Below the pieces are notes generated by a model. That model ran no database searches and had not been told where the DNA came from. It worked only from the letters and a program-made list of their open reading frames with translations. From NCBI GenBank assembly GCA_963849325.1, contig CAWKHF010000008.1, forward strand, positions 32,001 through 96,000: a stretch of 64,000 nt of DNA, given 5' to 3'. A program made the translations under genes and the position numbers. This document shows, piece by piece, positions 42,275-53,322 of the stretch; position 1 is the stretch's first letter; each line of letters starts with the position of its first letter. The DNA comes from an uncultured Planctomycetota bacterium (GTDB lineage Bacteria > Planctomycetota > Planctomycetia > Gemmatales > Gemmataceae).

Positions 42275-42730
42275 ATGTCTCGGATTCTGTTGAGCGCGGC
42301 CGCCGGGATGCTAACACTGGCACTGACCAGCCCCGTCCGAGCCGGCGGCCACAGCCACCCAACCGGCTCGCACTCCGCTCCTCATGTTGGCGTCGTCTCG
42401 TCTCGCCACGTGGCGCCCCACGGATACCAGGCCCGCTATGGCACGCGGTACGGTCGGGGTTACTACTTCCGTCCGGGTCATTTCCACTGGAGCCATCGCC
42501 ACTGGTCGCGCCGTTACCACCGCTGGTACTACTGGAACCCGTACCTGAGTTCCTGGTACTACTGGAACGCCCCGAGCAACGGCTACTTCCCCGCTGCCGG
42601 ACTCGGTAGTGCCGGGATGGATCTGCCGCCGGCGCCGACCGGCCCCGGAAGCATGCTGTCCCCCGCCGATGCCGACAACATGCTCTCGCCCGCCGGACCC
42701 GGTAACGACATCCCGCCCGCCGGTTATTAG
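42275..42730 (+). CDS. Small secreted His/Tyr/Trp/Arg-rich protein
   Basis: AAGGAG RBS; signal peptide; HWSHRHWSRRYHRWYYW; Pro-rich tail. Confidence 0.7.
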   Translation: MSRILLSAAAGMLTLALTSPVRAGGHSHPTGSHSAPHVGVVSSRHVAPHGYQARYGTRYGRGYYFRPGHFHWSHRHWSRRYHRWYYWNPYLSSWYYWNAPSNGYFPAAGLGSAGMDLPPAPTGPGSMLSPADADNMLSPAGPGNDIPPAGY

Positions 42731-42772
42731 CCTGGCCGGTAAGATACACACGGACGAGTGGGATTCCAAAAA

Positions 42773-42817
42773 GGGTGTTCGATCCATTTTTGCGAAGCAA
42801 AGATGGATCGAACACCC
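42773..42817. repeat. Hairpin (21-bp stem, GAA loop); REP-like or terminator
   Basis: gggtgttcgatccatttttgc-gaa-gcaaagatggatcgaacaccc. Confidence 0.75.
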
Positions 42818-42913
42818 TGCTTTCTTTGGGGTCCCTCGCAGAGATGGCAGGGTGGATATAATGGGCAGGGAAGTATCTCCGTAGAGAGAAGGTCTCTTGT
42901 CAAGGAGTCGCGC

Positions 42914-43267
42914 ATGGAACCCCTCGTCATCGTTGACCGCGGAGGCACTCCGCGGTTGGCGAACAGCCGCATCAACGTCTACGACGTGGTTCATTACCTG
43001 GAGTACGGCCACAGCGCCAACTACATCGCCCTTGTCCTCGGTATCCGGCTGATCGAAGCGGAAGCCCTCATCCAGTACATCGAGGAGCACAAAGAAGAGG
43101 TCATGGCCGTCCATCGGCAGATCGAGGAACGCATCGCTCGTGGCAACCCGCCGGAGATTGCGGCCCGGCTGGCCGAGTCGCCGATGCACGCCAAGATCCA
43201 GGCACGGCTGGCTGAGATCTTGCGCAAGCGCGCACAGGAGAAGAACGGTGAAAGCGATCCTGGGTGA
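42914..43267 (+). CDS. DUF433-domain putative antitoxin
   Basis: PRLANSRINVYDV...IA..L....EA.IQYIEEHKEEV; AAGGAG RBS. Confidence 0.8.
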   Translation: MEPLVIVDRGGTPRLANSRINVYDVVHYLEYGHSANYIALVLGIRLIEAEALIQYIEEHKEEVMAVHRQIEERIARGNPPEIAARLAESPMHAKIQARLAEILRKRAQEKNGESDPG

Positions 43268-43655
43268 CATCAACATTCAAGGCCACCTACGGGTTTTGCT
43301 CGCAATTCTGCAAAGAGATGACTGGCAGGAGTTCTGGAACGATCTCAACTTGGCCTTCCTGAAATTCCAAGACGTTGGCCTGTCGCCGCAAGCCACCGAT
43401 GCGGTCATTTGGCAAATGTGCCAGCAGCGGGACATGGTTCTGCTGACCGCGAATCGGAACCAGGCCGGCCCCGATTCGCTGGAAGCGACCCTGCGCACCC
43501 AGAATACAGCGAGCAGTTTGCCCGTCTTCACGATCGCCAACGCGCGGAGGGTGCTTACCAGCCGCGACTACGCGGAGCGCGTGGCGGCGCAGCTGCTCGA
43601 TTACCTGCAAGACATCGACCGCGTTCGCGGCACCGGACGATTGTACCTGCCCTGA
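43248..43655 (+). CDS. DUF5615-like PIN-related putative toxin
   Basis: ILGDIN...DVGL...TDAVIW..CQ..VLLTAN; GTG start overlaps the DUF433 gene. Confidence 0.75.
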   Translation: MKAILGDINIQGHLRVLLAILQRDDWQEFWNDLNLAFLKFQDVGLSPQATDAVIWQMCQQRDMVLLTANRNQAGPDSLEATLRTQNTASSLPVFTIANARRVLTSRDYAERVAAQLLDYLQDIDRVRGTGRLYLP

Positions 43656-43672
43656 GACCGGCCGCGCGGCAC

Positions 43673-44983
43673 TCACGGATACAGACCGCGGCGCATCTTC
43701 TCCTTGGCGATCTTCTGCACGCCCAGACTCAGCGCCGCCGTGCGCATGCTCAGTTTGCGCTCGCGGGCCAGGTTGCGCACCTGATGGAAGGCGCGCAGCA
43801 TCAGCTGCTTGAGGCGCTGATTGACCTCCTCCTCGGACCACAAGAATTGCTGCATGTCCTGCACCCACTCGAAGTACGACACGGTGACGCCGCCGGCGTT
43901 GCAGAGCACGTCGGGGATGTGATAAATGCCGCTGTCGGCCAGGATGGCGTCGGCCTCCGGCGTCGTCGGGCCGTTGGCGCCCTCGGCGAGGATGCGGCAG
44001 CGCAGTCGGCCGGCGTTGTCGTGGTGGATGACGCGCTCCAGGGCGGCCGGCACCAGCACCGTACACGGCGTCAGCAGCAGGTCCGACGGCGCGATCGGCT
44101 CGGCGCCGGGAAAGTCCTTGAGCTGCTTGCCCTCGGCGACGTGGCGAGTCAGGGCGATGATGTCGAGACCCTTCAAGTTGCGGATCGAGCCGTAGCGATC
44201 GCCGACGGCCAGCACCTTGACGCCGTTCTTGACCAGCTCCTGGCAGGCGACCGAGCCGACGTTGCCGAAGCCCTGGACCACGGCCGTCGTCTCCTCCGGC
44301 CGCAGGTTCAACTCCTTCATCGCCTCCAGGATGCAGTAGACGACGCCGCGGCCGGTCGCCTCGCGGCGGCCGACGCAGCCGCCCAGCTCGACCGGCTTGC
44401 CGGTCACCACCTCCGGGCAGGCATAACCGATTTTCATACTATACGTATCCATGATCCAGGCCATGGTCTGCTCGTCGGTGCCCAGGTCGGGGGCCATCAC
44501 GTCCATGCGCGGGCCGATGACGCTCAGCACTTCCTCGGTGAAGCGCCGCGTCAATCGTTCCGCCTCGCCGCGCGACAGCAGCTCGGGATCGACGCCGACG
44601 CCGCCCTTGGCGCCGCCGAACGGCAGGTTCATGATGCCGCACTTCCACGACATCCACATGGCCAACGCCGCCACCTCGCCCAGATCGACTGAGGGATGAT
44701 AGCGCAGACCGCCCTTGGACGGCCCGCTGGTCAGACTGTGCTGGACGCGGTAGCCGGTGAAGACCTCGGTGCGGCCATCGTCCATGCGCACCGGGATGCT
44801 GACGACCAGGGCGCGCTTGGGCAGGCCCATGCGGCCGAGCACGCCCTTGTCGATGTCGATGACCTCGGCCACCGCGTCGAGCTGGCGGCAGGCCATTTGA
44901 AACGTCGGCGAATTCTCGAAGACCGAGTGGGGCGTATGGGGATGGTCGTGGTGATTGACGGAAGAGAGAACGACAGACGACAT
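43673..44983 (-). CDS. gdhA: Glu/Leu/Phe/Val dehydrogenase (glutamate dehydrogenase)
   Basis: GPSKGGLRY, LPFGGAKGG, APD, VTGKP, ATGRG, QGFGNVG, EGANGP, NAGGVTVSYFEW. Confidence 0.95.
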   Translation of the reverse strand: MSSVVLSSVNHHDHPHTPHSVFENSPTFQMACRQLDAVAEVIDIDKGVLGRMGLPKRALVVSIPVRMDDGRTEVFTGYRVQHSLTSGPSKGGLRYHPSVDLGEVAALAMWMSWKCGIMNLPFGGAKGGVGVDPELLSRGEAERLTRRFTEEVLSVIGPRMDVMAPDLGTDEQTMAWIMDTYSMKIGYACPEVVTGKPVELGGCVGRREATGRGVVYCILEAMKELNLRPEETTAVVQGFGNVGSVACQELVKNGVKVLAVGDRYGSIRNLKGLDIIALTRHVAEGKQLKDFPGAEPIAPSDLLLTPCTVLVPAALERVIHHDNAGRLRCRILAEGANGPTTPEADAILADSGIYHIPDVLCNAGGVTVSYFEWVQDMQQFLWSEEEVNQRLKQLMLRAFHQVRNLARERKLSMRTAALSLGVQKIAKEKMRRGLYP

Positions 44984-45144
44984 GCAGCCTCCCTTGGCAA
45001 CGGGGTGCGCCGGGGCGGCGGCGCGATGACAAGGCCTCTGTCTTTATCCTAGCTCAGCCCGACGGAAAGGAAAACGGCCCTGAAAAAGTGGGATGCGGGC
45101 CGATGGTCGCGGTCTCTAATTCCCTGGAGCGGTCGTCATCCGCA

Positions 45145-45201
45145 TCCGAGCCTGAAGCGTAAGCGAAGCGTGTCATTCTTCGCTTACGCTTCAGGCTCGG
45201 A
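45145..45201. repeat. REP-like hairpin family A
   Basis: tccgagcctgaagcgtaagcgaag ... cttcgcttacgcttcaggctcgga. Confidence 0.9.
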
Positions 45202-45312
45202 CGAGTTTTGCCCGGCGTTCCGCGGATGAGGATTCCCCGTCTCTTTCGATCCTTCACGGATCGGAATAGACACCTATCGGGTCCGTGTCAACCTTCCCCA
45301 AGGAGTTTCATC

Positions 45313-46851
45313 ATGATCTCATGGTTTCGCCGCTCGCGGCGAGCGGTCCTCGGTCAACGCCTTCCTCGTCGGATTTCGTGTCCTCTGACGCTGGAATGCC
45401 TGGAGCGGCGCGATCTGCCCGACGCCGGCATGGCCGGTTTCGTGGTCAGCAATCTCGCTTCGGACCTGCCCAACGTCGCCGCCCAGATGAACGCCCAGCT
45501 CATCAACCCCTGGGGCTTCGCCGAGACGCCGCAAGGGCAGTTTCAGGTCGCGGCCAACGGCAGCGGCGTCTCGCTGCGGCTGGACGCCCAGGGCAACATG
45601 ATCGGCCAGCCGGTCGTCCTACCGCCGCCGGCCGGCAGCGCCGCCGGCGCCACCACCACGCCCAACGGCATCTTTCTGAACGACACCCCGGACTTCGTCA
45701 TCACCGAGAACGGCCAGAGCGCCCCGGCCACCTTCCTCGCTTCCACCGAGGACGGCACCATCGTCGCCTTCAACCCGCAGCTGGACCCCACGCACGCCGT
45801 CGTCTTCGCTGACCAATCCGGCAGCGGCGCGGTCTACAAGCTGCTGGCCGAGGCTCCCAATGCGATGGGCAATTTCCTATTCGCCACCAACTTCCACAAC
45901 GGTACGGTGGACGTCTTCGACAAGACCGGCCAGAAAGTGACGCTGGGCCAGAACGGCTGGGGCACCTTCACCGACCCCAACGCTCCGGCCGGCTTCGCGC
46001 CGTTCGGCATCAAGGAAATCAACGGCATGCTGTTCGTCAGCTATGCCAAGCAGGACGTGGCGGGGGCCGGACACGACGACGTGGCCGGGGCGGGCAACGG
46101 CTTCATCGACACCTTCGACACGACCGGCCACTTCCTCGGCCGCTTCGCCTCGGGCAGCGCCGCCGGCGGCATGGCCCCGCTCAACTCGCCGATCGGCATG
46201 GCGGTGGCGCCGGCCGGCTTCGGTCCCAACGGCCAGTTCGGCGGTGCCCTCCTCGTCGGCAACTTCGGCGACAGTCACGTCAGCGCCTTCGACCTGAAGA
46301 CTGGCCAGTTCCTCGGCCAATTGTCCGACGCCCAGGGCAATCCCTTGACGCTCAACGGCGGCGTCGGCGGCAGCGGCACCAAGGGCCTATGGGGCATCGG
46401 CTTCGGCAACGGCCAGGGCGGCACCGACCCCAACACCCTCTATTTCGCTGCCGGCGTCAACGCCGAAGCGGACGGCCTGTTCGGCGCCGTGAAACTGGTC
46501 GGCGGCAACAATGGCAACGGCAACGGCGGAGGCAACGGCGGCAACGGCGGCAACGGAGGCAACGGCAATCCAGGGCAGAATAACGGCGGTGGGACGCCGG
46601 CCGTCAACCCGGTGCAGGTGCTCATCGACAAGGTGGTCACGGATTTCGTCCAGGTCGAACAGCAGTTCCTTCAGATGGCCATCGCCAACGCCTCGGGAAT
46701 GAATCCGCAGGCAATGGCCAGCGCGACCATCGCCTTCGACCAGGCCGTGGTACAGTTCTTCTCCGACGAAGTCTCGCTGGTGCTGACCCTGGACCAACAG
46801 TTCATCAATCAGTTCTTCAGCAATAGGAGCACCGCCATGGGGACCATGTGA
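45313..46851 (+). CDS. TIGR03118-family extracellular protein with planctomycete LExLExR N-terminal motif
   Basis: LECLERRDLP; LINPWG, STEDGTI, AVYK, PAGFAPFGI, GNGFID, LLVGNFGD, GLWGIGFG, LYFAAG..GLFG. Confidence 0.88.
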   Translation: MISWFRRSRRAVLGQRLPRRISCPLTLECLERRDLPDAGMAGFVVSNLASDLPNVAAQMNAQLINPWGFAETPQGQFQVAANGSGVSLRLDAQGNMIGQPVVLPPPAGSAAGATTTPNGIFLNDTPDFVITENGQSAPATFLASTEDGTIVAFNPQLDPTHAVVFADQSGSGAVYKLLAEAPNAMGNFLFATNFHNGTVDVFDKTGQKVTLGQNGWGTFTDPNAPAGFAPFGIKEINGMLFVSYAKQDVAGAGHDDVAGAGNGFIDTFDTTGHFLGRFASGSAAGGMAPLNSPIGMAVAPAGFGPNGQFGGALLVGNFGDSHVSAFDLKTGQFLGQLSDAQGNPLTLNGGVGGSGTKGLWGIGFGNGQGGTDPNTLYFAAGVNAEADGLFGAVKLVGGNNGNGNGGGNGGNGGNGGNGNPGQNNGGGTPAVNPVQVLIDKVVTDFVQVEQQFLQMAIANASGMNPQAMASATIAFDQAVVQFFSDEVSLVLTLDQQFINQFFSNRSTAMGTM

Positions 46852-46908
46852 GGTCATCATGGCGTGGATTCGAGTCAGAAACCCGTTTGCTCGATAGCGG
46901 AGTTTAGA

Positions 46909-47074
46909 AGAAATTGAAAAGTGAAAAACAAAAAGTAAAAATTGAAAAATGACGAGGACGTGAGTGGCAGCCACTCGAGGTTAACGTCACTTTTCATTTT
47001 TCGCTTTTCATTTTTCACTTTTCACTTTTCACTTTTCACTTTTCACTTTTCACTTTTCATTTTTCACTTTTCAT
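46909..47074. repeat. AT-rich inverted repeat with heptamer tandem arms ((CACTTTT)n / (GAAAAGT)n)
   Basis: gaaattgaaaagtgaaaa... versus long ttttcacttttcac run (about 46989-47074). Confidence 0.88.
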
Positions 47075-47553
47075 TTAGGAAGCCGGCACGGCTGGTTGGG
47101 TGAGCGCGGGTGAGGTCAGGTCGGCCGCCGCCGGCGTCCGAACCGTGAGGACGGGGCAAGGGGCCTTGCGCAGCACTGCCTCGGCCACGCTGCCCAGCAG
47201 CAGCCGGGCCAGCGCCGTCCGTCCGTGCGTGCCCATGACGATCAGGTCGCTGTGCATCTCGCCGGCCGGCGCAGGATCATGTCCACCGGATCGCCCTCCA
47301 TCACCTGCGATTCGATGCGGACGTGATGGGCCTGGCCTTCCAGCTGCCGGAGCTTGGCCAGGACCTCGTCGCGCGCCGGACCCGGATCGGACGCCATCGG
47401 CCCACCGCCGTAGACGAGCATCGGCGGCGGCAGGACGTGCAGCATCAGTAGGCGAGCGCCGTAGTCGCGCGCGACGGCGCAAGACAGGCGAAAGGCGAAC
47501 TCCGAATGTTCGGAGAAATCCGTCGGATGCAAGATCGCGCCGATCGATAACAC
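47075..47553 (-). CDS. Universal stress protein; frameshift near 47270
   Basis: [49 protein letters not shown]. Confidence 0.9.
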
Positions 47554-47671
47554 GACAGCCTCCCCTTCCGCGGTAAAAAGGGTCTTACGGCAGGCGGTCC
47601 TCCGCGGAGTCTCTCCATTTCCGCAGCGCTTCCGAGTTTGTCAAGCAGGAGAGGCGGGATTTTTGCCCACA

Positions 47672-47716
47672 AGCCCGGAGCGTCGGCGACGGGCGGCGCC
47701 CGTCGCCGACGCTCCC
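47672..47716. repeat. REP-like hairpin family C (truncated right arm)
   Basis: agcccggagcgtcggcgacgggc...gcccgtcgccgacgctcc; related to 31886-31942. Confidence 0.7.
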
Positions 47717-47754
47717 ATGTTTGGGTTTGGAAACGAGAGGGCCGGTCTTTCTCC

Positions 47755-47815
47755 GCGATTTCTCATTTATTAGTATTTTCTAATTGACATTTCCATTTGC
47801 CCTCTTCAAGAAATC
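47755..47815 (+). promoter_or_regulatory. Possible promoter upstream of the DUF1559 gene
   Basis: AT-rich tract followed by TTGACA at 47784-47789; -10 element weak. Confidence 0.3.
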
Positions 47816-47974
47816 CGCGTACATTGAATCCTAATACAACCGTCCTCAAAGAAGGTGGATGGCGAAAGGGAGGTCTCTCGTCTCGGCTCAATGACCCGTT
47901 GCGGGATTCTCACATCTCACCTCGGAAAGAATTAATGGATCGTTTTTGTAAGTCCTCTCCAAAGGAGTCTCGGG

Positions 47975-48826
47975 ATGTTTCAAGTGACTATTAGAAATCG
48001 TTCGCGTGCGTTCACGCTGATCGAGTTGTTGGTGGTGATCGCCATCATCGCCATCCTCATCGGTTTGCTGCTGCCCGCCGTGCAGAAGGTCCGCCAGGCC
48101 GCCGCACGCTCTCAGACCTTCAACAACCTCAAGCAGTTGGGCCTGGGCATGCAGAACCACCACGATACGATCAACTGCCTGCCCGATCCGGGAGCCCCAC
48201 GATTTGCCCAACGGCTCGCAATTCTCGGGAATGCAGCAGCGAGGGCCGTGGACCTACCAGATCCTTCCCTTCATCGAGCAGCAGGCCCTCTACAATCTCC
48301 CGGCGTGGAACGGCACTGCCGCCACGTCGGTAGCCAATCCCGTACCCGGCATCCCGGTCAAGGTCTTCATGGATCCCGGTCGGGGCCGCGCCATGTTGGA
48401 CCAGTCGTTCAACTCCGCCCTCACCGACTTCGCTCTCAACACCAATCCGTTCGGTACGACGAATTATGCCCTCTTCGAGGGGAAGGCCATGCGCACCTTG
48501 TTGTCCATCTCGGACGGGACGTCGAACACCGTCTTCGTCGGCGAGAAAGCGCTGGCCACCGGCCGTTACAACAACGGCACCGGCTTGAATGACGACGATC
48601 CCGCCTTTACGGGGAAAACCGGTTGCTTGCGTGCCACTTTCAATCTTTACCAGGATCCCTCCGGGGCAGGCACCGTCGCGGATTGGGGCTCGCCGTACCC
48701 CGGCGCGCGCCGTTCTGCATGTACGACGGCAGCGTCCGCATGATCAACTATAGCGCCACGGGCACGTCGCCGCTCTTTGGCGCCCTGCTCACCTCCAACG
48801 CAGGCGACATCTATACCGGGCCATGA
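47975..48826 (+). CDS. DUF1559 prepilin-type protein; frameshifts near 48200 and 48710
   Basis: [64 protein letters not shown]. Confidence 0.92.
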
Positions 48827-48919
48827 TCTTACCATTTTCTCGATTACCTAGCGGGGCGGCGCCGACGTTGTTACGCACGGCCCCGGATCGGACACCATCG
48901 GCCCGCAGCCAAAACGATT

Positions 48920-48999
48920 TCCTCCGAGCCTGAAGCGTAAGCGAAGAGAACGACAACCAAAGGTTGTCGTTCCTTCGCTTACGCTTCAGGCTCGGAGGA
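48920..48999. repeat. REP-like hairpin family A containing the pgi stop codon
   Basis: tcctccgagcctgaagcgtaagcgaag...acaacc / ggttgt...cttcgcttacgcttcaggctcggagga. Confidence 0.9.
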
Positions 49000-50567
49000 G
49001 CGCAAACGTACACGTCGCCGGCTCGGCGGCGTTGACGAATTGGGCTCGCCCGTTCGCGGCCAGATGTTCGAGCACCAGGTAGATCGTCTCCGCCGAATCG
49101 GCGGCGCCGATGTCTCGGGCAATCTGCTCGGCCGTCCGCGGCGTCGCCGACAGGGCGTTGACAATCTTCGCTTGCAGCTCCAGCACGGCGGCGGCGGCCT
49201 TCTTGCCGGCCTCGACGCCCGGCTGGTGGTAGGCGTTGACGTTGACCAGGCTGCCGTAAAATCCCACCGCCCGCTCGAACAGGGCGATCAGCACGCCAAT
49301 CGTGCGCGGCGTCCACGCGCCGCACCGTGATCGTCACCGACTGGCGCTCGTTCTCGAACAGCGCCGCGCGGGTGCCGAGCAGAAAGCCGTGCAGATAATC
49401 GCCGGCGCCGACGCCCGGCTGCACCTCGACCTTGGCCCCGCCCGACTCCAGCACGCGAAGGAACGTCACGAAGAAATTGTTCACGCCGTCGCGCAGCTGC
49501 TGGACATACGCATGTTGGTCCGTTGATCCTTTGTTGCCGAACACGTTGATGCCCTGATCGACGCGCTGGCCGTCGAGGTCGAGCCGTTTGCCGAGCGACT
49601 CCATCACCAGCTGTTGCAGGTAACGGCTAAAGAGAAGTAGACGATCCTTATAGGGCAAAACGACCATGTCCTTCTGTCCCTTGCCGCCGGTGGCGTGATA
49701 CCACATCAGCGCCAAGCAGCGCCGCGGGGTTGCGGCGCGTGTCGTGCCGGCGCGTCACCTCGTCGCAGGCGGCGGCGCCGGCCAGCATGGCCTCGACATC
49801 GATTCCTTGCAGGGCGCCGGGGACCAGGCCGACCGCCGACATTTCGCTGGTCCGGCCGCCGACCCAGTCGAACATCGGAAAGCGCCGCAGCCATTTTTCG
49901 CCGACGGCTTGCTTGTCCAGGTGCGAGCCGGGCATGGTAACGGCGACCGCCTGCGGAGCGAAGACGAGTCCGGCCGCCTTGTAGGCGGCGGCGGTGACGA
50001 CCATGCCGTTGTGCGGCTCCGGCGTGCCGCCGCTCTTGGACATGACCAGGCACAGCGTCTCGCCGAGCTTGCCCTCCAGCACCGACAGCGTGCGCGCGAT
50101 GCCGTCGGGATCGGTGTTGTCGATGAAGTGCATCTGCATGCGATCGCGGCCGGGCTGGCCCAGGGCGTCGGCGACGAACTCCGGTCCCAGCGCCGAGCCG
50201 CCGATGCCGATGGACAGCACCTGCGTGAACCTCGCGGCACGCGGCGGCTTGATCTTGCCGGCGTGGACGTCGGCCGCGAACGACTTGATGCTCGCCACGC
50301 TGTCGCGGATCTCTTTGGTGATCTCCGGCTTCGGTGCGCAGCTCCGGGCGCGCAGCCAATAATGGCCGACCATGCGGTTTTCGTCGGGGTTGGCGATGGC
50401 CCCTTTTTCCAGGGCGTCCATCGCGTCATAGGCCCGCCGCATCGCCGGCTCCATGCGCTCAAGGAAACCGTCCTCGAAGTGCATGCGGCTGATGTCCAGT
50501 GTCAGGTCAATCGTCGGGCGCTGCAAAGATACTGCTGATAACGTTTCCACAAGTCCGCTGCGTTCAT
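48986..50567 (-). CDS. pgi: Glucose-6-phosphate isomerase, multiple frameshifts
   Basis: [64 protein letters not shown]. Confidence 0.93.
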
Positions 50568-50588
50568 CGCTTCTATCTCCAAAAGAAG

Positions 50589-50685
50589 AAGAGTTAACCA
50601 CGAATCACACGAATCACACGAATAATGAATACAATGTCTTTTTTGTATTTATTCGTGTGATTCGTGTGATTCGTGGTTAACTCTT
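50589..50685. repeat. Inverted repeat with 9-mer tandem arms (CACGAATCA)
   Basis: aagagttaaccacgaatcacacgaatcacacgaataa ... perfect reverse complement ending 50685. Confidence 0.9.
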
Positions 50686-52332
50686 ATTATTGAGGGCGAG
50701 GCCGACGATGTGCCGGGCCTCCTCGACGATCGCTTGCAGATGCTTGTCGTCGCGGAAGCTCTCGGCGTAGATCTTGTAAATGTTCTCGGTGCCCGACGGC
50801 CGGGCCGCGAACCAGCCGCTGGCCGACACCACCTTCAAGCCGCCGATGGCCGCGTCGATTGCCCGGCGCTTGCGTCAGCTTGGCCGTGATCGGCTCGCCG
50901 GCCAGCGTCGTCGCCGTCACCATCTCCGGCGACAGCTTTTTCAGCACCGCCTTCTGTTCCGGGCTGGCCGGCGCGTCGATGCGCGTGTAGCAGGGCGAAC
51001 CGAAGCGGCGCGTCAATTCCTGGTAGTGCTCGCCGGGATCCTTGCCGGTGCGCGCGGTGATCTCCGCGGCCAGCAGGTCCATGATCGGGCCGTCCTTGTC
51101 CGTCGTCCAGACGCTGCCGTCTCGGCGCAGGAAGCTCGCTCCCGCGCTCTCCTCGCCGCCGAAGCAGATCGAGCCGTCGAACAGCCCCGGCGCGAACCAC
51201 TTGAAGCCGACCGGCACCTCCGCACAGCGTGCGGCTCGAGGTCGCGCGACCACGCGGTCGATCATGCTGCTGCTGACCAGCGTCTTGCCGACCGCCGCCG
51301 TCGTCGGCCAGTGCGGCCGGTGCGTCAGCAGATAGCGGATCGCCACCGCCAGGTAGTGGTTCGGGTTCATCAGCCCCGCCGACGGCGTGACGATGCCGTG
51401 CCGGTCGGCATCCGGGTCGTTGCCGAAGGCGACGCGATACTGGTCCTTCAGCTCGACCAGCTTCGCCATCGCGTAGGGGCTGGAGCAATCCATGCGAATC
51501 TTGCCGTCGTGATCGACCGTCATGAAGGCGAAGCGCGGATCGATCCCAGGATTGACAACCGTAATATCCAGACCGTAAATGTCCTTGATGGGCTGCCAGT
51601 AATGCACGGAGGCGCCGCCGAGCGGATCGACGCCGAGCTTCAGCCCCGCCGAGCGGATTGCCTCCATGTCGATGACGCTGGCCAGGTCCTTGACGTAGGG
51701 CAGGACGTAATCGTCTTCATGGGTCGTGCTCGCCTTGAGGGCGGCTTCATAGGGGATGCGTTTCACGTCCTTGTTATCGGCGCGAAGCAGGGCGTTGGCG
51801 CGGTCCTGGATCGCGGGCGGTGACGTCGGTGTCGGCGGGTCCGCCGTTGGGCGGATTGTACTTGAAGCCGCCGTCCTCCGGCGGATTGTGCGACGGCGTG
51901 ATGACAATGCCGTCGCCGAGGTGGTCGCGGCGATGGCGATTGTACATGAGGATGGCGTGCGAGATGACCGGCGTCGGTGTCACGCCGTCGTCGCGCTGCA
52001 GGACGGTCTCGACGCCGTTGGCGGCCAGCACTTCCAGGGCGGTGCGCTGGGCCGGGCCGGAGACGGCGTGCGTGTCCTTGCCCAGAAACAGCGGACCATC
52101 GATGCCCTGGTCGCGGCGGTACTCGCACAGCGCCTGCGTGATGGCGAGGATGTGCGCCTCGGTGAAGGTGCTGTCCAGGGGTGTACCGCGGTGGCCGCTG
52201 GTGCCGAAGCTGACCAGCTGCGCCGGGTCGCTCACGTCCGGCCGGCGCTCGATAGTAGTCGCGTTCGAGACGGGCCACGTCGATCAGTAGGTCGGCGGGA
52301 GCGGGTTTGCCTGCCAGTGGATGAAGCGTCAT
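50677..52332 (-). CDS. pgm: Phosphoglucomutase, multiple frameshifts
   Basis: [55 protein letters not shown]. Confidence 0.93.
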
Positions 52333-52361
52333 GTACGGTTCCTCTCCCAGCCGCCAGGCCC

Positions 52362-52685
52362 TCAATGCCCGGCGGTCAACTTCAGGCCGATGATACCGAT
52401 GAGGACCAGGGCGATGCACGCCAGCCGAAGGAAGGTCGCCGGCTCGGAGAACAGGACAATGCCCAGGATGGTCGTGCCGACGGCCCCGATGCCTGTCCAC
52501 ACGGCGTAAGCCGTGCCGATCGGCAGAGTGTCCACGGCCAGCACGAGAAAGTACGAACTCACCATCACGGCCAGCACCGTGAAGACGCTGGGCCAAAGCT
52601 TCGTGAAGCCGTCGGCGTACTTCAATCCGATCGCCCAGCCGATCTCGAACAATCCGGCAATCAGCAGGTACAGCCATGCCCTCAT
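52362..52685 (-). CDS. sugE: SMR-family exporter (SugE/Gdx type)
   Basis: WLYLLIAGLFEIGWAIGLKY..GFT, LPIGTAYAVWTGIG. Confidence 0.88.
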   Translation of the reverse strand: MRAWLYLLIAGLFEIGWAIGLKYADGFTKLWPSVFTVLAVMVSSYFLVLAVDTLPIGTAYAVWTGIGAVGTTILGIVLFSEPATFLRLACIALVLIGIIGLKLTAGH

Positions 52686-52698
52686 CGCGGCTCCGGGA

Positions 52699-53291
52699 TC
52701 AATGTACGTGGCGGTCGTCATTCCACAGACGCAGGACCGGCTCGTCGAGGTTGTGTTCGTAGCCGAGGATGCTGAGCGAGGCGGTGGTCAGCAACAGCAA
52801 GCGCGCGTCCGGCACGGGCAGGCCGAGCCAGCGCGCCCCAGGACGCGCAGGAAATGTCCGTGCGAAAATAGCAGCACGTCGCCACCGACGCCGCGCAGCC
52901 GGGCGATGACACGGTCGGCTCGTGCGCCAACGGCGTCCAGCGATTCGCCGCCAGGGCAGCCATCGCGGAACAGATACCAGCCGGGACGCTCCTTGCGGAT
53001 GTCGGCAGTGCGCTTTCCCTCGTATTCACCGTAATCCCACTCGACCAACTCGGCGTCGGTTTCGGCCCGCGCACCGAAGCCGGCCAGCTCGCACGTCCGC
53101 TTCGCCCGCTGCAACGGACTGGTCAGCACCTTGGCGAAGTGCGTGCCCTTGAGGCGCTCGCCGAGGTTGCGGGCGTTGCGCTCGCCGCGCTCGGTCAGCG
53201 GGATGTCGGTGCGGCCGGTGTGCTGGCCCGACAGCGACCACTCCGTTTCGCCGTGGCGAGCGAGGTAGATTTTCGGGAATTTATCGCTCAT
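52699..53291 (-). CDS. Histidine phosphatase (phosphoglycerate mutase family); frameshift near 52835
   Basis: RHGETEW, SPLQRA, EWDYGEYEG, FSHGH. Confidence 0.9.
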
Positions 53292-53322
53292 GGTTTGACC
53301 TCCGATGCTAAGAAGCTCTAAT

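Noticed and set aside
43409-44692. 427-aa plus-strand ORF
   Set aside because: Antisense shadow of gdhA, expected in high-GC DNA.
52686-52780. Guanidine riboswitch upstream of sugE/gdx
   Set aside because: Only about 13 bp separate it from the upstream phosphatase gene, and I see no ACGR twin hairpins or ykkC motif.
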